From Eledone cirrhosa (Eukaryota): a stretch of DNA of 64,000 nucleotides. Numbering within the stretch: position 1 is the stretch's first letter; the number at the start of each line of letters is the position of its first letter. Shown here one piece after another: positions 54,465 through 64,000 of the stretch. Below the pieces are notes generated by a model that saw only the letters and a program-made list of their open reading frames with translations, had not been told where the DNA came from and ran no database searches. The stretch spans positions 35,092,001-35,156,000 of the forward strand of contig OZ024744.1 of NCBI GenBank assembly GCA_964016885.1. The letters run 5' to 3'. The position numbers and the translations under genes are program-made.

Positions 54465-54543
54465 CCAGTTTAGTCGCTGACGACCCGACCATGCGACAGG
54501 TTACACTGGGTTACATGTTACCAGTAGCACTGAAGAGTGACCC
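54465..54543 (-). ncRNA. Candidate HDV-like ribozyme
   Basis: P1 ggtca/tggtc, P2 ccag/ctgg, P3 tgt/gca, L3 aacctgtc with CC-GG P1.1, P4 tcg tcag cga, J4/2 CTAA. Confidence 0.4.
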
Positions 54544-54549
54544 GACATA

Positions 54550-54611
<62 letters not shown>

Positions 54612-55050
54612 ATACATACACGTGTGTATGTATATACATGTATGCATACATAGAGTGACAAAATAAGTAAATAATTAGTTGATATATTTTGTTATTCTGT
54701 TCTATTCTTGCTTTAATGGAATAGTTTTTACTGATTTCATCTATAAAAAGGAACAGGACTATGCTATTCTATTACCATGTGTAAAGATATATTTTTTAAA
54801 AGAATTCCTTATGTCAATAACTAAACTGTTTGATCTTTACTGGTTTCATGTTAGAAATTGTATTATAAGTTTGAATGGTCTTCAATTCTCTCAAGAAAAT
54901 GAAAAGAATTAAAATGTATTTGGTTGTCTCAGGTAAAGTATTAATAAGAATGCAAATGACTTTGTTAATGCTGATGTCATTAAATACAGTTAAAAACTAT
55001 ATTTAAAAAAAGGTTTTAAAAAGGTTTCTCGTGCACCTCAGCACTGTACA

Positions 55051-55235
55051 TGGCAGTATCGGTAGATGGTCGGACGCCATGTTTTACAGCATAGAGTTAC
55101 GGCCCTTTATGATCAGAGTTCAAATCTCGCCGAAGTTAACTTTGCTTTTCATCCTTACGGGGTCGAGAAAATAAAGTACCAGTAATACACTGGGTAATTG
55201 CTGGTCTTGTGCCAAACGTAGAAACAATATTATTA
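55051..55235 (+). mobile_element. Nin/Deu-like SINE
   Basis: Family motifs. Confidence 0.8.
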
Positions 55236-55394
55236 TACCGCCTGTCTTCCCTAGATGCCCTAAACGTGCTTATTTTGCTTAATGGTTAATCCAGCACAAA
55301 TGATGCTGTGTATTCCAGTACAGTATCTAGGGCTAATGGCACTATGTTGATATTATATGTATGACTTCGTTAATGTCTGAATAGCGTGGAAGAG

Positions 55395-55577
55395 ATACAA
55401 CGGTCGGCAGAAAAGTACATAGGCTGACCAAGATACTCTCATGGAATGTCCAAATGAAGTTTATTTTTCAACATAATCACTGGAAAGAAAAACATGCAGT
55501 TATTAATAAAAAGAGTTTCACAGCTCTAGCATAACCCCTTCATAGTCAGCCTATGAACTTTTCAGCCGACCCTCATA
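55395..55577. mobile_element. Mariner-like MITE
   Basis: TIRs tacaacggtcggcagaaaagtacataggctgac / gtcagcctatgaacttttcagccgaccctcata, TA ends. Confidence 0.7.
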
Positions 55578-55717
55578 TTGCATTCTTAGAATGTTGTTAT
55601 ATAACCTAAAGCCTTAAAGCAACCTTTGATCAAGCAGACTTATGATTAAAGGACACAACCGAGTTCTTTCAGATATACGGAGAGATAAAGAGAAGGGGGG
55701 GGGGTATGTGTGTGTGT

Positions 55718-55985
55718 GGAGGAGCGTGGCCTAGTGGTAAGGGCGTTGGACTTACGATCATAATGTCCTGGGTTGGGTTGTGTTCTTGAGCAAAACGTTG
55801 CTCCAGTATATAACGTTGCTCCAGTATAGTCAGCTGAAAATGTGTACCAACAGCTTGGGAATTAACCTTGCGATGGACTGGTGTCCTGTCCAGGGGGAGG
55901 GGGGGTGTCTTGTGCACTCAGTCGCGCCACGAAATAGGGATAAGCACCGGCCGGTCGAGCCATCTGGCTTAAGACAGACTTTAGA
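55718..55985 (+). mobile_element. tRNA-derived SINE with CORE-like and V-domain-like body
   Basis: A box tggcctagtgg, ccttgcgatggactggtgtcctgtccaggg; flanked by a ~25-bp duplication acaca[a/g]ccgagttctttcagatata. Confidence 0.75.
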
Positions 55986-56646
55986 AATAGACTTTAAACA
56001 CAGCCGAGTTCTTTCAGATATAAAGAGAAAGAATGTGTATGTGTGTGTGAGAAAGCGAGAGATTGGGGGGGGGGGGGGTAAAAATCGACTCCACTACTGA
56101 ACTGGTACTTTAATTTATCGACCTAGGGTGAGATATGCACTCAGAGCGTAGGGGACCAGGCACTTAATCTGACTCCTTAACGACTCTGCCGTGTTTCTCA
56201 ATTTATATTATCAAACATGTCATTTCCATATAGCGGCGGTGACGTGTGATTTGAACAAGATTTTCCTACTTATTTTTAGCAAGTATATCGACCATATAAT
56301 GAGTATTGTGGCTGCTTCTCTGGAATATTGTTGGTGTGTTTTTGTTTGGGGAAAACATTATGTATGCAATAAAAACAGCTGTATCAAACATTAATGAAAA
56401 TAAGCATATGCATAAAACATCAAGAAGAGCACCATTTTATTCAAATTAAATATATTTGTTATTATTATTATTTCTTTTTTTTTTTTTTTTTGCAAACAGT
56501 GGGAGTTGACGCATCATAATCTTTTAAGTACTTAGGACCTGAAAAGGACTTAAACCAGCCATGAGTGAAAGCGACTGTAAGGGTTGTAGTTTACTACAAA
56601 AATATTGTGTGCCACTTGGTTGTGCAACTGATAGTTTATTATTTGC

Positions 56647-57055
56647 TGGATTAGCAGTATCGGTAGCACGTCGGACATGCTTTGTGGCATTGAGTCACGA
56701 CCCCTTTTGCGTTTTGAGTTCAAATCACACCGAGATTAGCTTTGCCTTTCATCCTTACAGGGTCGATAAAATAAAATAGCAGTTAAGACAGTGGTCGATT
56801 TAATCGACTTTCCCATCCTCCAAAATGTGCCTAAATCAGAAACCATTATCATTTATTTTAGTATTGGGCGGTGAATTGGCAGTATCGGTAGAGGGTCGGA
56901 CGCCATGATTTGACGCATAGAGTTACGCCCCTTGCCATTCTGAGTTCAAATCCCGCCGAGGTTAACTTTGCCTTTCATCCTTACGGGGTCGATAAAATAA
57001 AGTACCAGTAATGAACTGGGTAATTGCTGGCCTTGTGCCAATAGTAGAAACAATT
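56647..57055 (+). mobile_element. Two tandem Nin/Deu-like SINEs (56647-56850 older, 56866-57055 young with TSD)
   Basis: attatcatttattttagtatt on both sides of the second copy. Confidence 0.85.
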
Positions 57056-57912
57056 ATCATTTATTTTAGTATTTTTGATCCGTTGATGTGAAATATGTTT
57101 TGTGTTCTTTGTGATATTTTATGACCCACTATAGACAGTTAATGGGTCTATACATGACTCATAATTAGTAATAGATCGAATGGATCTTGTGTAAACTAAT
57201 CATTTTTTTTTTCATATAGCCAAATGTTGTACTTGTCACTGTTCTAGTTATGTTTGTGCGCCATTTTATTTTTCTTCGTTGTCTTTCATATGGATTGTGA
57301 ATGTTTTGGAGGTGTTGTGTTTAATTCTTTTGTATTCCGTGTATTTGGTATGTTTCTTGTTGAGTGAAAGGTTTGGGTGTAATAGATAATCTTCTCTGAT
57401 GATACTGGTAGGTGCAAAGCTTCCGTTACAGTTTTGATATTGGAGTGACTTAACCTTTTAGCATTTAAACATGCTATTTTCCTGTCACAATTCTCTCACC
57501 CCTTTCTGTTCAAACTGGCCGCTCAGGTATTTTTCACAAAATAAATAATATCAAAATCTCATAGGATGATTATGTTATTTTACTGCGAAAATACAATAGT
57601 AAATATAGAGTAATGTAAATGCTTAAATATATATACTGTACATATGTATTATTATTATTAGCTCGTGCTTTTTAGCACCAATACGAGACTAAGAAAGAAA
57701 TTAAAAACATGATTATACTAACATATTTAGAGTTAATAGAAAATCAGTGTAGTATAACCAAAGTACAAGTATATTGAAACAAATTTTAAATAATCACTGA
57801 AATAATTTTTTAAATAACAAAACTTTAAGATTATTCAACAAGTTTCCACATTATTGGAGAGGCTTAAGCCCCTTAATGCTGGAAGGCTTGAGGTCTGAGT
57901 TACTTTAAATAT

Positions 57913-58200
57913 ACTAGCAGAAAAACCACCCTAGGGTGGTTTTTCTGCTAGCATGTGTAGTGTGTATATTGATATTATACATGTAGATATGATACATCAA
58001 ATAAAATCGTAATTGACAATATACACAGAAATTGAACGAAGTCTATGTTACACTGTCTTATGTAATCAGTAACGTAATCCATGATACATTTAGGAGAAAA
58101 TTAGCGACGAAAATATATGCGATATTTTTATAAGTGTTATAATATAACAGCCGCTAACCGGAAGTGCTGACATTTGAAAATCAACAGCCACGAAATTTAG
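57913..58200 (-). repeat. Inverted copy of the 40080-40437 repeat
   Basis: ctagcagaaaaaccaccc ta gggtggtttttctgctag palindrome plus shared body. Confidence 0.7.
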
Positions 58201-58224
58201 CATATAAATTATGTAATATTCAGT

Positions 58225-58312
58225 GCCTTTCATCCTTACGGGGTCGATAAAATAAAGTACCAGTAATGTACTGGGTAATTGCTGGCCTTGTGCCAAAAGT
58301 AGAAACAATTAT
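58225..58312 (+). mobile_element. Nin/Deu-like SINE, 3' half
   Basis: gcctttcatccttacggggtcgat...gtagaaacaattat. Confidence 0.8.
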
Positions 58313-59816
58313 CTATTCAAAGTAATCCAACTTATTTTACACTCCTTTCTTTATTGTAGTTAAGATTCCAATACTTACAGTAAGTAAGCTGACAGTTACT
58401 TGGCTGAGCAAGGTTTTCTTTGTTTTTTTAAAACATATTGGAGCTGTTTTGTTGATGTTGATACTAGTTTTACAAAATAGCGGTCTCGTTGCCAAGGGGC
58501 ACTGAATAGCACTGCTTCGCACTCCACCATCACCACCACTTTTCAATGGAGCATACTCTAATTTAAAAACGGAGTTTATGAAAAAAACATTTTGAAATAC
58601 GTTCCTTGAAGTTTTGGCTTTACTAACTTTTTTCTCAAAATAAGAATAAAAATGAAAAAACGAAGAGAAAAAATTAACCAAGGAAGGTGGTGAAAAACAA
58701 AAAAGAGATAAGCCCTAGGGAATTATGCCTACACAGAAAGTTCTGACCCCCCCCCCCCCATCTCCACCCTTCAACACCGAGGCTTTGTGACGGGCCTGTA
58801 GGACAGTGTACATGGAATTCTGTTGTAGAAGCCGTCTAGCTTTTGTTTTTGTGTTGGTTGAGTATAGTGTGAATCTACCAGTGTTGTGATTTGGAGAGAA
58901 GAATGTATGGTATAGTGATATATGAAGGATGAGGCTTTTAAAAATGTTTGAGAATTATGGATCTCTATGATGCTATTTTATTTGGGAGTTTAACCCTTTT
59001 GATACCAGCCCGGCCAAAACTTTAAATGATTCCTATTTAAATTAAAATGTTCCAACATAATTTTATATAAGAACCATATGTTAAGTTATTATCTTGGTAA
59101 TGAAATAGTCAATAGTTTTAGTAAATCCCTCAAAATACTTCATTAATTGAAATTGAGTGTATTTCATTAAAAATACGGTAGAATCGTTAGATGGCCAGAC
59201 AAAATGCTTTGCGGCATGTTCCGACTCTTTATGTTCTGAGTTTAAATCTTGCCTGGGTCAATACTGCATTCAAGGTCGATTAAATAAATTACCAATCAAG
59301 TACTGGTTCAATTTGATCGACTCCTCCACCACCAAATTACTGGTCTTGTACTTCAACTAGAAATCATAATATATATTAAAATATCGAAGGAACCTCCTTT
59401 AAGATACAATTTCGTAGGAGTTAGTTCTCGTTCGACCTCTGTTTTATCACAAAAATCCCAACTCCTCTCTCCACCTTAGTATAATGAAAAATAAAGAGGA
59501 ATCTCATGTTATTTATCAAATACTCTATCATCTAATATATGTATTTTATTTCAAAATACTCAAATAAATTCCTACATAAAAATAATAAAGAATTTAATAT
59601 TTACTCAAACACAGAAAAAGAAAGAAATATTGGGAAGGATTATAAATGCTATAAATCAGAGAAAATGGGGGAAAGAGCAAGGATTATTAGGCAACGAAAG
59701 AAAAAAGGAATGGAATATGGCAAAGGCAGACAATAGCCAATGACATCCTCTGCAACAGCCTGCCAACCTCGTGGGGGTTCCTTTCTCAGATGAGCTGTTG
59801 TCATTCCGATTTTACG

Positions 59817-60018
59817 GAGGTGGAGGATTGACAGTATCGGTAGAGCTTCGGACATGCTTTACTGCGTATAGTTACGTCCTTTTAAGTTCTGAGTTCAAAT
59901 CCCACCGAGGTTAACTTTTACCTGCGGGATCAATAAAATAAAGTACCAGACCCGGTGATTTAATCGACTTTCTCTTCCCCAAATTTGTTGGCTTTGTGCC
60001 TGAATCAGAAACCATTAT
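59817..60018 (+). mobile_element. Nin/Deu-like SINE, diverged
   Basis: A and B boxes and tail. Confidence 0.7.
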
Positions 60019-60284
60019 CTGGCGTTCGTTTAGAAGCAGAACATTTTTTATGCGAGACGTAATTATTTAAAATTCTTAAAGATACATTATAATTGCAGCT
60101 ATATATAAATATATATGTAATGTGGGTGATTATAAATATTACCCAATTACAAGTATGAAAATAGCTCAATGTATAACAAGTATAATAAAGAGTCGAAATA
60201 CAATGTAAATGACAAAGAGTGTTTAAAACATTTAATCATCTATGATCATTTCATCCTAGCACAAGGTCAGAATAATCGGAGTAA

Positions 60285-60700
60285 TTGACAAAGGTCAAAC
60301 ACAAATATAATATCAAAACTTTGTCACAAGAACATTAGGAGGATACAAAATATGGGAGGTTAGATAACATTTATATAAAGTAACTGAGGCGGAAGAAGCA
60401 TATGAAGAATAGGTGCATATAAATGCAATAAAAATTAGGAGCAGATAAAAGCATTAAAAATTAAAAAACATGCTATTACAGAAAAATTATAAGATATGCT
60501 GCTACAGAAAAGTTAAATACAGTGAAAAACATAAAAAAAAATTAATAAAGTTAATAAGAGAAAGCATGCAATTCAAATACAAGTTTAAAATTACATCTCC
60601 CAAAACATATAAAAAATATTTTTTGTCTAACCACCCATATTTATCCTCCTAATGTTCTTGTGACAAAGTTTTGATATTATATTTCTGTTTAACTTTTGTA
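60285..60700. repeat. Inverted repeat, ~90-bp arms
   Basis: aaatataatatcaaaactttgtcacaagaacattaggaggata / tatcctcctaatgttcttgtgacaaagttttgatattatattt. Confidence 0.85.
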
Positions 60701-60712
60701 ATCTACTCGTAT

Positions 60713-60905
60713 AGGGCAGTGGATTGGCAGTATCGATAGAGGGTCGGACGCCATGCTTTGCAGCAATGACTTACAGCCCTTTATGGTCTGAGTTCAAATC
60801 CCGCCGAGGTTAACTTTGCCTTTCATCCTTACGGGGTCGATGAAATAAAGTACCAGTAATACACTGGGATAATTGCTGGCCTTGTGCCAAAAGTAGAAAC
60901 AATTA
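60713..60905 (+). mobile_element. Nin/Deu-like SINE abutting the LTR
   Basis: Family motifs. Confidence 0.85.
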
Positions 60906-63496
60906 TGAGACTATAATATTTTACAAACTTTATTTACAACCGACCACAAAAGTTAAGCTGGGTTGACAAGTCAAAGAAGAGAACAAACGAAATTAAGAGT
61001 TTTTAAGAAGTAAAGAAAAGGCGCTGTGCCGGGCCAAAGGCGGCCGACAGACCAAAGTGAAAATCTCACCGTTACATGATTGCGTATTCACCCTTCAGAG
61101 TCCAAAGCAGCAAGAGAGAGATTTTTGAATCGCCGCGGGAATTTTTCCCTCTGGGTGGAAGTCGAGACACATTCTCCTACGCTGATAGCGATTGGCTGAA
61201 CTGAGCCAAACAACGTACGGAGAATGTATCCATGAGCCCTCGGAATGTAAGTCACTACAATACCCCCTATCTAGTCTGCAAGGCGATATATAAGATTGAA
61301 TCTGCAGGGAAAATGCTGAAAGAGCACATAAATGAAAAAATGGAACAAAAGAATGCATGCAATAAGAAAAATGAGGCGTTATGGGCCGTGTTGAGCCGCT
61401 GTGTCAAATGACTAGCTGTTTTTCTATTTATGCGTGACCACCCGAGGTCTAACAGAAAACGGATAAAGTTTGACATGGGAAAAGTTGCTGTTATGGTAAG
61501 TGTTGTACCAGAGCTGTGGATGAAGCTGTTATGGTCGTTTACCAGTAGCTGTTGTCAATGATGGTGCTTTTCGTCCTTTACCAGAGCTGTATAGCTATTA
61601 TGGTAAGTGTTATACCAGAGCTGTTATGGTAAATGTTATACCAGAGCTGTATAGAGCGAGCTGTTATGGTAAATGTTGTAGCAGAGCTGGCAAGAAGATG
61701 ATGGGTAGGCGAGAAATTGTCGGCCTCCCAGATGAATTTCCGGAAGTGCTAGGCAGCCAGGAAAAAATGGCTAGTTGCTTTGAAAAGAAAAAAGCAAGTT
61801 GAATCTGTAGGTGGGTAGTAGTTGAAGCGGTAATTCCATAATTCTGGCGAATCCATAGGAGAAATAGTGGAAATGCTGACAGGTCCAGTTCCATTTGTTG
61901 TTTTCCCAGTGAATCGGGTAAAGTAACAAGATGGAGGCTGTTACGCTTGAAGATCATCTACTATAGACAACAACATGTTGGTGTGTGACAAAGAAATGTC
62001 TGTGCATATGCAGGCATGTAATACAGCAAAGAAAATGTGTGCATGCAGTCATATATACAATGATAGAAGAAAAAAATGAATTTTCATATTATACAGTTTA
62101 AAAGAAATAAATGTTCAAACATTGCCTGTAAAAAAAGAAAGAAAGAATTGTTTTTTAACAAAAAGTTCACTTTTTCTTTTCTTTTGGGATAAGAATGTTA
62201 TCGCTCTTACTAGGAAGCTAGTAGAGTTGTTGTTGTTGCTGCTATCGAAGCGAAGTCACAGTAAATCTTCAGTAGAATCGAAGGCGAACGTTGAAGAGCT
62301 TAGAGTCAACAATATGCAAGTCACATCTGACGCCATAGTGTGGTGAGAAAAGCTGTGAGTTCGAATCATGTGGGACGTTAGAAACATCGATGAATCGTGA
62401 AGTTTTGCACAGCAGTGAAGATTTGCAAGCGTTGAATTCACAATGCGTTGTTTATGGTTAGTGGTTAACCAATGTTGTCGCTGCTGCTGCTGTTGTTGGT
62501 ATTGCTATCCGTTGTGGTGGTGGTTGCGGCGGTATAACTACAAAGGTGTCACTATATTGCGTCAGTTGCTGCTGATGGTATTTGTAGAGGAGTACTTGGT
62601 GATAGCCATTTTGAAAATATTCTACTCGTGTTGAAATTTTTTGAAATACTGCTAATTTTTTTTTTTTCTTTGAAAGGAATATTTCGTACTTAAATATTCC
62701 TCCGTCGGGGGTCACCATTTTAGCAGAAAATAATATTATGCCTACATGGCATAATATTAATAAGAAAGAATATATGTTATTGTTGTTAGAGATTATGAAG
62801 CACGTGGTGAAGTGTTTAGTAATGAATGGAAAAATCAAGGCGAAGTCACTGTAAATATTCCGTAGAATGGAAGTTTGGTGAATAATTTGAAAAAGTGAAG
62901 TTTTATCATGTCGTAGAAAAAAGGTTGCGTGTTGTTTCCTTTTTTTTTTTTTTAAATCACGTCGGGGTTACCAATTTAACGAGGGGTATTTTTAGTGGTT
63001 ATTATGATGATAACATGGTTGCTATTTGTTATAGTGAGAAATGTAAGGTTTGTTAAGTGAGAGACAGGCAAAGTTAACTATAAGGTGAATGTTTGTTGAA
63101 AAGGTTGTAGTTCATTGTAGGCTTTGTAGAAAAATAATATTATGAGACTATAATATTTTACAAGCTTTATTTACAACCGACCACAAAAGTTAAGCTGGGT
63201 TGACAAGTCAAAGAAGAGAACAAATGAAATTAAGAATTTTTAAGAAGTAAAGAAAAGGCGCTGTGCCAGGCCAAAGGTGGCCGACAGGCCAAAGTGAAAA
63301 TCTCACCGTTACATTATTGCGTGTTCACCCTTCAGAGTCCAAAGCAGCAAGAGAGAGATTTTTGAATCGTCGCGGGAATTTTTCCCTCTGGGTGGAAGTC
63401 GAGACACATTCTCCTACGCTGATAGCGATTGGCTGAACTGAGCCAAACAACGTACGGAGAATGTATCCATGAGCCCTCGGAATGCAGGTCACTACA
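60902..63496 (-). mobile_element. Non-autonomous LTR retroelement (LTRs 60902-61259 and at least 63139-63496)
   Basis: ~358-bp near-identical direct repeats starting TGTAG on -, AATAAA, polypurine tract AGATAGGGGG at 61263-61272, tRNA-Trp PBS at 62956-62973 and 62703-62717; no gag or pol motifs seen. Confidence 0.85.
61486..61690. repeat. Imperfect minisatellite inside the LTR element
   Basis: gctgttatggtaa[g/a]tgtt[g/a]taccaga repeated about 6 times. Confidence 0.8.
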
Positions 63497-63539
63497 AATG
63501 CTTTGATAACATTATAAATAGCTCGCGATTCATTCAGAA

Positions 63540-64000
63540 AGATATATTCTTTTAATGTTACAATATTAAAGAAAATGTAAAAGAAGGGCTGAACAACCGA
63601 GCCAACACCAGAGCAAAAGACAGCAGCGAGGGGTACTGGGCAACCTTTCTAATGATTTTTGAGGCAAGCCAGCACACTCGCAGCGTTGCCTCGGGTGATG
63701 GCGAGGCTAGTGCGTTGAAACAACCAAGCGCCCTCGCGAGATTCGCCAGTTACCTCTATTAGGCGAGCTGCCAGTGAAGAGGGGAACCTCGCAGTCAGCG
63801 GCCCGACTCCCCCAAAAGTCTCGAAAACCACAGGCTGAAAAATGTAGCTGGCCGATAGATCAGAGTATTTGATGGTCTTACTCCGCTCGGCTGCGGAAGC
63901 TGTGGCTCTCGTCCTAACCGCAACATCCAGGATGTGGGAAAGAGCAAAAGAGTCACTAACAGTGACATCCCAGACAAGGCACCTGCCTCTAGGCCAGGAG
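63540..64000 (-). mobile_element. CRE-like non-LTR retrotransposon 3' end (RLE domain C-terminus)
   Basis: GRCLVWDVTVSDSF...KTIKYSDL...FQPVVFETFGGVG...WLFQRTSLAITRGNAASVL*. Confidence 0.8.

Noticed and set aside
62918-62973. tRNA-Trp gene or pseudogene
   Set aside because: Only the 3' half with encoded CCA, positioned as the PBS of an LTR element

Overview
AT-rich, repeat-dominated eukaryotic DNA with no recognisable host gene. The SINE and RTE motifs suggest a mollusc, probably an octopus; this is inference, not a database result. Bases 1-34 kb are a pile of decayed non-LTR retrotransposons: about 10 RTE-clade LINE copies in three subfamilies (where the region is preserved, their RT carries an inserted C4HC3 PHD finger), one CR1-clade LINE, and Penelope-like (PLE), CRE-like and Tx1-like fragments. 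Bases 34-64 kb hold tRNA-derived SINEs, MITEs, Helitron remnants, microsatellites and a non-coding LTR element with tRNA-Trp primer sites. The most interesting signals are RNA structures found by manual pairing: (1) about seven families of hammerhead-ribozyme (HHR) mini-elements, mostly in (TA)n tracts and often folded back on themselves, including a ~320-nt circularly permuted retrozyme-like unit with a compensatory U3-A8 core; (2) a covarying tandem array of H-type pseudoknots shared by RTE 3'UTRs and SINEs; (3) a candidate HDV-like ribozyme. Element boundaries are approximate and were read by eye.
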